From Macrostomum lignano (Eukaryota), in NCBI GenBank assembly GCA_002269645.1, contig NIVC01002975.1, forward strand, positions 62,001 to 126,000: 64,000 bases of DNA, written 5' to 3'. Below, one piece after another: positions 1 to 11,081 of this stretch. The notes beneath the pieces were generated by a model. That model did not search any database, was not told the DNA's origin, and saw only the letters and a list, made by a program, of their open reading frames with translations. Every line of letters starts with the position of its first letter. The stretch's first letter is position 1. Both the position numbers and the translations under genes were made by a program.

Positions 1-16
1 TGAACGCAGTCCTCAC

Positions 17-375
17 CTGGCGTCACCGTAAGCATCCGGACAGAGTCGGCCAGCCGTCAGTCCCGGCCGGCGCCGCACGAAAACGTCGCCGGTGCGGTTG
101 CAGACGCCGCAGTCGGCCAGCGGCCTGCTGCACATGTCGAAGACGAACAGTCGGCAGATGCCGCGGCCATCCGGCAGCTCGAAGGCCTGACAGTCAGGCA
201 GCCCTGAGCACTCAAACGCGCAGGCCAGGGGAGTCCCGATCGGGTTGGCCAGCTCGACTACGAACTCCCCGCGGATGCACAACGAGCCCCGGACCAGGTG
301 GAAGTCGGCTGCCCGGCTGGCATCAAGGTGGAGCAGCAACAGCAGAGTCAGCAGAGTCAGCAGAGTCAGCGACAT
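17..375 (-). CDS. Secreted PAN/apple-domain protein, first coding exon; gene continues off the left edge
   Basis: ATG at 375 opens a hydrophobic signal peptide (MSLTLLTLLTLLLLLHLDASRA), followed by PAN-like cysteine spacing (CAFECSGLPDCQAF...CRL). The ORF-track stop is intronic: donor AG|GTGAGG after 17. Acceptor TTTTGCAAG at 421-420. Confidence 0.7.
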
Positions 376-475
376 CGACGGCTTCAGGGTGGGGAGCTTC
401 CTTTTTGCTGGGCACGGAACTTGCAAAATGTTGATGGACTGAAAAACAGTCGGCTCGATTCATTGAACAACAAGT

Positions 476-688
476 TTCATAAACAGGAGTGGGATTTTAT
501 GAACAGGAATGGGATTTTATGAACAGGAGTGGAATTTTATGAACAGGAGTGGGATTTTATGAACAGGCGTAGGATTTTATGAACAGGAGTGGGATTTTAT
601 GAACAGGCGTAGGATTTTATGAACAGGAGTGGGATTTTATGAACTGGAGTGGGATTTCATGAGCAGGAGTGGAATTTTATGAACAAGA
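476..688. repeat. 20-bp minisatellite (GAACAGGAGTGGGATTTTAT), ~10 copies, in the 5'UTR intron of the PAN gene
   Basis: Direct tandem units. Confidence 0.95.
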
Positions 689-747
689 GCTGACTCAACA
701 TAATAATGGCAAAGTACTATATAAGGATGTACACAAAAGATACTCAC

Positions 748-902
748 CCAGCCTTTCTAAAAAACTGATTCAGTTACTCTTCTGTTGATGCGGAAGCCGC
801 CAGTTAAACTTTTATAAGCTTCCATGTTGCTATAGCAACCAGAGCCTGCGTCTTTTGCATGCAGACTACATTGTTGTCCGAGTGTTGGTGCACGCCGATT
901 GG
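748..902 (-). promoter_or_regulatory. Core promoter and non-coding exon 1 of the PAN-domain gene (CCAAT, RFX X-box, TATA, Inr, donor)
   Basis: Minus strand: CCAAT 902-898; palindrome GTTGCTATAGCAAC 826-839; TATAAAA 816-810; TCA(+1)AC with A at 786, 30 nt from TATA; donor TGG|GTGAGT after 748. Confidence 0.65.
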
Positions 903-990
903 CTCTGGCCTCCTTGGGCCAACAGAATTCAAGAAGAGCAGAAAGTATTGCTCTGCATGTTCATGTAGCTCTAAGGATATTGAAGTGTGC

Positions 991-1240
991 ATCCTACAGG
1001 GTATCCCACAGGGTATCCCACAGGGTATCCCACAGGGTATCCCACAGGGTATCCCACAGGGTATCCCACAGGGTATCCCACAGGGTATCCCACAGGGTAT
1101 CCCATAGAGTATCCCACAGGGTATCCCATAGAGTATCCCACAGGGTATCCCATAGGGTATCTCACAGGGTATCCCACAGGGTATCCCACAGGGTATCCCA
1201 CAGGGTATCCCACAAAGTATCCCACAGGGTATCACATAGG
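991..1240. repeat. 12-bp minisatellite (GGTATCCCACAG), ~21 copies; left copy of the duplicated LINE target
   Basis: Tandem units; source of the GYPT/IPQG/VSHR pseudo-ORFs. Confidence 0.97.
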
Positions 1241-1299
1241 GTCTACAGCATCTTCCCAAACACTGTCAGCACCTACTCAAACACTGTCAGCATCTACTC

Positions 1300-4200
1300 T
1301 TGACTTACTTGACTTAGCTGCAGGGGGCGTCCGGCGGATGCAGCGGGGAGGCGGAGGAGACCGCCCATTCCGCTAGCCCCTGGCGACCAATGACTTCCGT
1401 TGAAGTGAAGTCGCTCAGGGGGACCCGTCGGTCTCGCCTGCAGCGCGATCCTCCTCACCGACAGTGGGGAAGAAATCGGCTCGTCCCGTGTCCCTGAGGT
1501 ACCGGGCGAGCAGCGGGATGCTCTCGGGCCTGCAAACGTCGGAGAGAACCGGGTTTGGCCCGAGGTGAGTGAGCCTGGCCCTGGTGAAAACCGGGCAGTG
1601 GCAGATAAAATGCTCGGCGTTTTCAGTGCCTGAGCGGCAGAAGGGGCACCGCTCCTCGGGTACTTGGCCCTAAAGGAAACGGTGGCGAGAGAAGCAGCCA
1701 TGCCCGGAGAGGGCCATGCTAGCTGCTCTGAGGTCTCTGCGGTTGAGCCTGAGGAGGGCTCTACGCAGGAGAGGGGAGGGGCAGGGGACGGCCGCCCGGG
1801 ATTGCCTACAATTCCGGGTGTCGTGCCACCTGCGGAGATGCTCGGAGTCAGCCCAGCGCTTAACGCGGGAGTTGATCACCGAGGCGGGGATGGGGGCCCC
1901 CGGGCCCGGCCCCAGCAGCGCGCCGGCGGAGCCAGCCTTGGCCAGCAGGTCGGCGTGCTCGTTGCCGAGGAAGCCGGCGTGGCCCGGGATCCATCTGAGC
2001 TCTACCTGGTTGCCTAGCGCAAGCCCGTTGAGCTGGGTGTTGCAGTCCAGGACGGACCTGGAGCTGGTGGTGCAGCGGCAGAGGGCCCGAAGGGCTGCTT
2101 GGCTGTCAGAGTGAAAAATAAGCTTCCGACCGCTAAGCTGCCTTCGGCGCAGTTCTGCCGCGCAGGAGCTGATGGCAAGCACCTCGCTCTGAAAAACACT
2201 GGAGTTGAGCCCAGTGTGCTGGGAGTAGCTCCACGCCACTTCTCCCTTGAAGAAGACGCACGCTCCGAAGCCTGAAAGACCATGCTTCATAGAGCCGTCA
2301 GTGTAACAGTGGACTTCAGAATCGCTCCAGCTGTCACTCGCCTCATGTCGAGGCTGAATAGTGACCTTATACCTTTGGCTCAGGAGAAGGGTGGCTGGGA
2401 TCGAGTCCGAGAGGATGTTGAGCCCGCCACATTCTTCTAGAGCCTTTAGGCAGAGGTCAGAGTGCGGGATAAGCGACCGCTTCTTAAAGGCCCGCACTTT
2501 CTTGAAGGCCACCCCAGCATCCAGAAGACGCCGGGTGCTCTTCGCCGCCTCTCCTTTGATATAAATATCCAGAGGAGGGGCACAGAGGAAGGCATTCATG
2601 CCTTCAAAAGGAGTAGAGGGTGGAGCGCCCATAGTCATGCGGCAGGCTCTGCCCTGGATTTTGTAGAGAGCGTCGAGGTTACTCTTGACGCCCAGACCGC
2701 TAGCCCACACGAGGCTGGCGTAACTGATCGAGGGGCGGATGATTGCAGTGTAAATCCACCACAGCTTCCTGGGGGTGAGCCCCCAGGTGGTGCCCACGGC
2801 GCGCCTGATCTGAGCCAGGACAGCCAGGGCTTTTTTAGCTTTAGTTTGAATGTGCGGAGTCCAGTTGAGCCTGTGGTCCAGAGTGAGGCCCAGGCAGCGG
2901 ACCTGCTTCTCCATGGAAATGTTCTTTCCATAGAGGGTGAGAGGCTTAATGGTCCAGAGCAGTTTGTTGGTAAACATGACCGCTGTGGTTTTCGACTCTG
3001 AGAGTCTAAGGCCACATTGGTTTGCCCAACGCTCCGCTCGTCCCAGAAAGCCCTGCAGAAGATCTCTGATGGTGTCAACCGAGGGGCCCGCACAGATCGC
3101 GGTCACGTCATCGGCATAGCCCACCTTGAGAATGGGGTCGTGGAGATCACTGCAAAGCAGCTCATCCATGACCATGTTCCAGAGAACGGGGGTGAGAACT
3201 CCGCCCTGGGGGCCCCCTTTTTGGACAGGCGCCGAAAGAGAGCTGCCGTTCAGGTGGGCCACAACAGTGCGGTTCCGGATCATGAACATGATCCACCGGA
3301 CAAGGTGAGGGTGCGTGGCCCTGGATTCCAGGGCTCTGCAAAAGGCCTCGAAGATGACGTTGTCGAAGGCCCCCTCAATGTCCAGAAAAAGCGAGAGGGC
3401 AAAGCCGCTGCCAAGAACGGCCCTCTCCAGGAAGTCAACAATGACATGGAGGGCACTCTCGGTAGACCTGCCCGCGCGGAAGGCGTGCTGGTTCTGCGAG
3501 AGTGGGAAGCGCTTCAGCTCGACTGAAAGTAGGCGCCAGAGCACCAGTCTCTCGAGGAGCTTGAGGCAGAAAGAAGTGAGGCTGATAGGCCTGAAGGCCT
3601 TCACCGATTGGTAATCGCTCTTTCCAGGCTTGGGGATAAAGACCACCCGGGCCTCTCTCCACGCAACTGGTACAAAGCCCAGTTCCACACAAGCTCGGAG
3701 GAGACGACAGAGCAGGTCCAGGAAGCGGTGGTTTTTCGCCGCCTCGTGCAAGAACGCTGGGTAGATGCCGTCGGGCCCAGGCGCCTTGAACGGGTTAAAG
3801 GACCTTGCCGCTCTAATAATGCGGTCTTTGGTGATTATAGACTTTGCTAGGCCTTGCCCTCCCACTGTGTGGTCAGGCGGGCCCTGCTGAGTCGGAGATT
3901 TAGGGAAGAAACTGTTGAGCATTAGCTCCAGAGTCTCTTCAGAGCTCCCTGTGACCGAGCCGTCAGGTCTCTTTACAACAGAGAGTTTAGAAAAACGGTC
4001 ATTCGTGAGTGCCTTAACCACGCGGGCTACGGGGCGAGAGCCCTCAAGCCCTTCGCAGTATTGGCGCCACTTGGCCGTCTTGGCCCTTCTGACTTGGCCC
4101 TTAAACTCGTGGATCGCACGGGTATAGGCCTCTCTGTCAGATGGGTCTTTGGTTTTGAGCGCTCGCCTTTGGAGGGTCCTGGCTCGGCGCCGAAGGGCCC

Positions 4201-5307
4201 CGAGCTCTGGGTTCCACCAGGGAGCAGATTTCTTGCCTTTATAGGCTTTTAGAGGGCAGGCTGCTTCAAAGGCAGTGGTGATCGCCCCACTCAGGGAGGA
4301 GGCGAGATCATCCACCACATGGCAGTCAGAGAGGTCACTGGGGGGGTCAAGATCCCGAAGGCCGCGGCTCAGCTTCGAGCCAAAGGCGGCCCAATCGGTG
4401 TTCCTGACGTTCCGACTCCAAGTGACCTTAGGCTTTTGCTTGGTCGGCCCAATGCAAAAGCGGATAAAGCGGTGGTCCGAGAGCGAGTCCTCGTCCCACA
4501 CTCGCCAGCCCGTAACTGCGGAAAGCAGTCCGGGTGAGGCGATGGTGGTGTCGATGACTTCGGCCCACCGCCCATTATTGAACGTTGGTGCATTGCCCAC
4601 GTTACAGAAATTGAGGTTAGTGCTGCTGACATAGGCCAGCAGCTCCTCGCCTCTGCTATTGATGTTTTTGCTGCCCCAATGCAGGTGGTGTGCGTTCACA
4701 TCCCCGGCAATGAGCAGCTCGAACCGATGGGACGCAGCATAGTCAATAAGGTTGACTAACGCGTCGCAGACTACTGGGGCATCGCCCGGGAAATAGGCAG
4801 AAGCTACCAGCACAGGTTTATTTGGAATGAAGTTATTGATTTGAACAACACAGATGTCCCCAGTCGAGAGATCAGGTCTCATCCATGTCTCAAAAGCTTT
4901 TGCAGCAAAGACCAGAGATCTTGGGCGGTGTCCGCCATGCAAAAACAGTGGTAGCCAGATGGCACATTATTTGGCTTACCTTTAGTCATCCAGGGCTCCT
5001 GTACGAAGACCAGGCCCGGAAGCTGTTGCTCTGTCGTGCGCATCAGGTTGACTGACGACGCCACGCAGTGCTGGGTGTTGATCTGCAGACACCAGGTAGC
5101 CGCTGGCATCAGTGCAGATCGGGCGTTGCAGCCGCCAGGAGTTCCTCCTCCTCCTCGGCGCTCACCGGCTTCGGGTCGGGGTCGCCGGTATCCATGGGCT
5201 CTTCTTCAGCAAAAGGCCCCCGATTGGCTGGAAGGCAGTAGGCAGCGTTCGCCGCCCTTTGCCCACCATCCATGGGGTCCTCCGCCTCAGATTGGCCCAG
5301 ATTGGGT
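1300..5307 (-). mobile_element. 5'-truncated non-LTR retrotransposon with APE-RT-RNaseH-CCHC architecture (LOA/Lian-like, R1/I group)
   Basis: ORF1 acidic tail (5307-5109), then ORF2: APE (LQINTQH, FVQEPW, GDVNAHH, SDH), RT (KAPGPDG, FRPISL, FLDIEGAFD, PQGGVL, YADD), RNase H (YTDGS, SEVLAI, SDSQAAL, WIPGH, GNEHAD) and CPFC-x8-H-x4-C. About 115-nt 3'UTR ending in (TAAGTCAAG)2. Confidence 0.93.
1415..5109 (-). pseudogene. LINE ORF2 (pol) with two lesions
   Basis: 1-nt frameshift near 4945-4935 joins track ORFs 4879..5109 and 1670..4942. In-frame TAG at 1672-1670; read-through gives GQVPEERCPFCRSGTENAEHFICHC and a TGA at 1417-1415. Confidence 0.88.
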
Positions 5308-5893
5308 ATCCTACAGGGTATCCCACAGGGTATCCCACAGGGTATCCCACAGGGTATCCCACAGGGTATCCCACAGGGTATCCCACAGGGTATCCCACAG
5401 GGTATCCCACAGGGTATCCCACAGGGTATCCCACAGGGTATCCCACAGGGTATCCCACAGGGTATCCCACAGGGTATCCCACAGGGTATCCCACAGGGTA
5501 TCCCACAGGGTATCCCACAGGGTATCCCACAGGGTATCCCACAGGGTATCCCACAGGGTATCCCACAGGGTATCCCACAGGGTATCCCACAGGGTATCCC
5601 ACAGGGTATCCCACAGGGTATCCCACAGGGTATCCCACAGGGTATCCCACAGGGTATCCCACAGGGTATCCCACAGGGTATCCCACAGGGTATCCCACAG
5701 GGTATCCCACAGGGTATCCCACAGGGTATCCCACAGGGTATCCTATAGAGTATCCCACAGGGTATCCCATAGAGTATCCCACAGGGTATCCCATAGGGTA
5801 TCTCACAGGGTATCCCACAGGGTATCCCAAAGGGTATCCCACAGGGTATCCCACAGGGTATCCCACAAAGTATCCCACAGGGTATCACATAGG
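5308..5893. repeat. 12-bp minisatellite (GGTATCCCACAG), ~49 copies; right copy of the duplicated target
   Basis: Same first variant unit and same terminal variant series as 991-1240, with 28 extra units. Confidence 0.97.
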
Positions 5894-6035
5894 GTCTACA
5901 GCATCTTCCCAAACACTGTCAGCACCTACTCAAACACTGTCAGCATCTACTCAAACATTGCCAGCATCTACTCAAACACTTTCAGCATCAACTCAAACAT
6001 TGTCAGCATCTACTCAAACGCTGTCAGCAACTACT
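5894..6035. repeat. Degenerate 21-bp repeat (TCAGCATCTACTCAAACACTG)
   Basis: About 6 diverged units; the first ~60 bp also occur at 1241-1299. Confidence 0.85.
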
Positions 6036-6779
6036 CTAATACTACTTAAAATGAGTACTCATTAATCTGAACAGACAAATAAGTTGAAAAACTACCATAA
6101 AGTACGAATTGTAATTGATTAAAACAAAATTAACTGATAAATTTTCCATAGCACATTTACATAGTCGCGTTTATTAAAAGCAATATTGGCCCACAAAAAG
6201 CAACAAAAAAGATTAACAATTCAACAACATCAAAAGGAAATATTTACCAAGTTTATGCAAAGCAATGGTGCATTTTAAGCAAAATCGAGCATCAAAAACA
6301 CTGTACTGGATAAGAAAATCATAAATATAAGATGAAGCATTGTCTGTTTTCTTGAGGTCCTTCATTGTGTTCTCAATGTGCCTAATCAGGCATATCAAAA
6401 AATATTCAAGATAAAATTGCTTATAGAAGAGAGCAAGGATAGCACAGCTATGTACATATTGTGTACTTCAAGAAGCGTCCGCATCAAGGAACCTGGATAA
6501 TAGTAATCAGAAATTCCGATTCAAAAAGTCAATATAGATACAGTTGTACATTTACATCGAAATGATAGTTTTGTATAATTTAGCATGGGGTGCAAAAGAA
6601 AAAGCAAATCAACATTCGAGCGTATCTACAAAAAATTTTAAAAAAGGACAAATCAAACAATTTTTTCGAAACTAAACAAAATATGTGCTATTCTCTTTCG
6701 CATAGTGCTACTTACAACCAGTCATGTAGTAGCGTATACTGCGCATACGCGTCTCTTTTTTGTTAAAAATGAGTTTGAT

Positions 6780-6893
6780 TTAGTTGAAGAATGAGCGCAG
6801 CAGGCGGTAGGCGGCGAGGCCCAGCAGCGAGGCGGCGGCTCCGGCGGCCAAGCGGCGAATCAGGCGGGGCGGATCGCGGCTGAGGGCGGCCAG
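6780..6893 (-). CDS. Bcl-2-family protein, exon 4 (C-terminal membrane anchor)
   Basis: Acceptor C-rich...CCGCAG, phase 0; LAALSRDPPRLIRRLAAGAAASLLGLAAYRLLRSFFN*, a hydrophobic helix followed by basic residues. Confidence 0.85.
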   Translation of the reverse strand: MAALSRDPPRLIRRLAAGAAASLLGLAAYRLLRSFFN

Positions 6894-6994
6894 CTGCGGA
6901 GGGGGGGGGGGTAAATGGGGGAGAGTGAGGCTTGCGTTGATCAGAGGAGTAGCTGATGAGAACTGCGCGCCATATCTTGGATTTGTATGATGCT

Positions 6995-7794
6995 CTACTC
7001 CATTCAACTCGAGTTCTACTCCATTCTATTCCAGTTCTATTCCATTCTATTCCAGTTCTACTCCATTCTATTCCTGTTCTACTCGGTTCTATTCCAGTTC
7101 TATTCCATTCTATTCCAGTTCTACTCCATTCTATTTCAGTTCTACTCCATTCTATTCCAGTTCTACTCGATTCTATTCCAGTTCTACTCGATTCTATTCC
7201 AGTTCTAATCGGTTCTATTCCAGTTCTACTCGATTCTATTCCAGTTCTACTCGATTCTATTCCAGTTCTACTCGGTTCTATTCCAGTTCTATTCCATTCT
7301 ATTCCAGTTCTACTCCATTCTATTTCAGTTCTACTCCATTCTATTCCAGTTCTACTCGATTCTATTCCAGTTCTACTCGGTTCTATTCCAGTTCTATTCC
7401 ATTCTATTCCAGTTCTACTCCATTCTATTTCAGTTCTACTCCATTCTATTCCAGTTCTATTCCATTCTATTCCAGTTCTACTCCATTCTATTTCAGTTCT
7501 ACTCCATTCTATTCCAGTTCTACTCCATTCTATTCCATTCTATTCCAGTTCTACTCCGATTCTATTTCAATTCTATTCCAGTTCTACTCCGATTCTATTT
7601 CAATTCTATTCCAGTTCTACTCCGATTCTATTTCAATTCTATTTCAGGTCAACTCCATTCTATTTCAATTCTATTTCAGGTCAACTCCATTCTATTTCAA
7701 TTCTATTTGAGGTCAACTCCATTCTATTTCAATTCTATTTGAGGTCAACTCCATTCTATTTCAATTCTATTTCAGGTCAACTCCATTCTATTCC
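6995..7794. repeat. 21-bp minisatellite (CTACTCCATTCTATTCCAGTT)
   Basis: Tandem units, degenerate at the right end. Confidence 0.95.
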
Positions 7795-9094
7795 ACCGAG
7801 ACACGCGAAGCAAAAGTGAGGTGTGCCAGACGACCCTTGAAGGAGTTGGGAGTCTGGGAATCGGTGGGACAATAATCCCACTGGACTTGCTAATCCCCCG
7901 CCTAGACTTTGTCTCCGCCTATCCGACTGCGGCATCTGCCGGTTCCCAACTAGAAAAGGGGGAAGTCAAGCGAATGCTTTGAGCATCGCACAGAAATCCC
8001 CAGGCAGCCAATCCCTGCGTTTTTAAGCCGCAAGAAAAATCTTCAAATGGGAGGCTTTGGGATTCCAACCGAAACTCAACAGCTATCTACCAGAAAGGAT
8101 TTTTCTTCCCATTCTCCCCCATTGACCACGTGTCGCCCGGGATACTACAAAGAATTCTATTATAGGCGATAATTTGCTTCTAAAAGCAGAAGACAATAGT
8201 AGGCCTCTAAAGAAAGACAGATTAGAATCAAAGGAAAACATTGTTAATGAGAGCGGCGCCTGGTCTGAACACGCGCTGAGGTCCTTAATTAGGTTATCGA
8301 TGAGTTTTTTAGCAGGATGACTGACTGACTGACTTAGATAATCCCCATCGACACCACACTGCTAGCCGTGCACCGAAAGAAATCTTCCCATCAGTAGATG
8401 CTATAAGAATCTCAAACAGAACAGATTAACAAAGAGTGCCCACTTCAACAGTGGGATTACGAGCTTGGCACACGCGAGCACACAGGGCTGAGGCCTCCTC
8501 CTCCCAGTTGGAGTATTTGGGTGTTAATTGCCGACTTAACAAGTAAGCGACAGAGAGAGAGAAGAGAGGAAGACAGACAGAATGGGGAAAAGTGAAAATG
8601 ACGTTTGCGGGAGTTAAGCAATTGACCTCCATCCCCGGCCCTATTGAGCGAGCCAGCGAGTTCGAGTGCAGCTATGGCGCAACGCCTTCCATGGGAGAGT
8701 TTGTTTAAAGCTGACAAACAGGCAGGAAGGGGTTGGTGACGCAATCTCAGCTGGATAGACGGGAACTGAGGTGACGCGCTCAGAGTTTCACATCCGGAGT
8801 GCCCGTGTGACGCAACGCAACAAGGGAGGGCAGGCGAATTGTCGTTAAACAGGTAGGGGTGTTGCACACGCGACGGTGGAAGACTCTCCAGGGAGAAGCT
8901 GGCTGACCAGGCAGTGTGAGACAACAGGATGACTTGTGGCCAGCGCTCCTGTGTCACCTGCTGTCTTCATGGCACTTCAATGCTATTGTGTGCCAATGTC
9001 TAGTACACGTATGGCCTTTCACTGCCGCCGAGCTTTGTCTGCGGCATGCGGCTTGTGCCACTTTCATCTATTGACCACAGTGCCACTCTCTTCC

Positions 9095-9495
9095 ACTCTC
9101 CTCTCACTTCCCTGCCCTGATTCTTCTCTTTCTTCCCTGCCCTGACTCTCCTCTCTCTTCCCTGCCCTGATTCTTCTCTTTCTTCCCTGCCCTGACTCTC
9201 CTCTCACTTCCCTGCCCTGACTCTCCTCTCTCTTCCCTGCCCTGACTCTCCTCTCACTTCCCTGCCCTGACTCTCCTCTGCAGACTCTCTCTACTCTCTG
9301 CAGACTCTTTCTAATCTCTGCAGACTCTTTCTACTCTCTGCAGACTCTTTCTACTCTCTGCAGACTCTCTCTACTCTCTGCAGACTCTTTCTACTCTCTG
9401 CAGACTCTTTCTACTCTCTGCAGACTCTTTCTACTCTCTGCAGACTCTCTCTCTACTCTCTGCTGACTCTCTCTACTCTCTGCAGACTCTCTCTC
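9095..9495. repeat. Two abutting CT-rich minisatellites: ~25-bp (TTCCCTGCCCTGACTCTCCTCTCTC), then 20-bp (CTCTGCAGACTCTTTCTACT)
   Basis: Tandem units; switch near 9277. Confidence 0.9.
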
Positions 9496-11036
9496 TCCCT
9501 TCAATATTCTTTTAACTTGCTGAAGATTGAAACATTTTTTAAACCTGTTTGTTTGTGTCCCTGTTGTATGTTTACATTTCCAAGGGGTTTTTCTTTACCG
9601 ATTGGATGATCGTTAAATATAATCCATTGAGATATGCCGAAAAAACACTCACTTAAATCTCATCATAAACAGCCTCAGAAAACCTACGCACAGATTGGCA
9701 AAAATAATTTCTACTGACGATACAAAATTGTTTCGAAACAGATTGCCGCAATTGTTGAAGCAACACCGCGACTGCGCTGCAATCTGTGATTTATTGATAA
9801 CGGCTTCGATTGTCGAGAGGTTAGGCGGGAGGATGTACACAAATAGTCGATGGGTCCGCCATCACCCGCCCCCCATTGTTAGAGACAGGAGCGGCAGCGG
9901 CGGCAGCAGCCGGGGTCAGAAAATGCCCGACCAGATTGGGAGAAACTCAATCCCGGGGGCACACAGCCATCATAGCGCCCGCCAAGAATTAGGGGCTGGG
10001 GGTTCAGGGGATTCGATTTCAACCAGTCCCGACACTGTGGGAGGCCTTCAATAAAAATATCTCCCATTGCTACTCAAAGAGCGCAGCGGGCGGGCGAGCT
10101 TTGACTAAAAAAATCCCCCCCCCCGATGAAGCAGCGGGAGTAGGGAATCAGTTGGGGGGGGGAAGAATGAGTGAGGGGATATTTTCCTCTCCGTGTGCGA
10201 GCAGTCACGTCTCCCCTTTTTTGCGGTCCGGTTCGCAGGCACCCTGCAATTTTCCTGGCCGAGAAGAAATCCTCAGGCTTTAACTTTCTTCCCCATCAGA
10301 ATCTGGAGTTGCTGTCGTTTCCGCTCTGTTTGCCATTCTGTCTTCCCCCCCCCGCTAACTGCATCCGAGAGATCCCATGGGAGGCGCTGCCCGACACAGC
10401 ACAGCCTGTTGTGTGCGAGAGTAGATATTGGCGGTTAATTTCTCTCTCTTTTTGCCTTGTGCCCAGCTTCCCAAGTCTCTTCATCCCCTCCCTCCTCAGC
10501 CAGCTCAGCTCTTAGGCAGGCGGGGCAGAAGATTGAATTGAATAGAAAGAGAGATGGAGGATTTAAGCAATGCGGGGCTGGCCAGGGGAAGGGGTTAGAG
10601 ATGATGATGCTGTCTGGCCCGTGTGGAGCCTGGGTCTGCGGTGTCACGCAAGGACCCGGAGAAGCTATCAGGGGGGATGACAGGCATGTGAGAGAGTGAG
10701 CAGTGCTCAAACACACACATTATGCCAATATAATCTTCTACACTTAGTTGCGCCTTCCTCCTCTTTGGTTTTCAGTTTCCCTTCTTCCTTCATCTTTCTC
10801 CGTGTCGACTTTTTTTTCTCATCCCCCGACCCTCCATGCCCCAGAGATTTTCCTGTCCCGGCAGAAGCGAAATTATTTTTACAAAAAAAGCACGCTGCTC
10901 CGCTAATCCCATCATCTCGGGGACTCGAGTGGCCGGAGCCGCAGACAGATATTTCCCCACATTGAGGGGGAAAGAGATGTGGCAGTTCGCGTTTGATAGA
11001 GGCAAAGTGGAAATGAGGATGAATTAGGAGTGAATG

Positions 11037-11042
<6 letters not shown>

Positions 11043-11079
<37 letters not shown>
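11043..11079. repeat. (CT)n microsatellite
   Basis: About 18 CT units. Confidence 0.95.

Positions 11080-11081
<2 letters not shown>

Noticed and set aside
804-6065. Long ORFs with GYPT, IPQG, IPCG and VSHR repeats
   Set aside because: Translations of the stop-free 12-bp minisatellite, open in several frames on both strands; no coding signal
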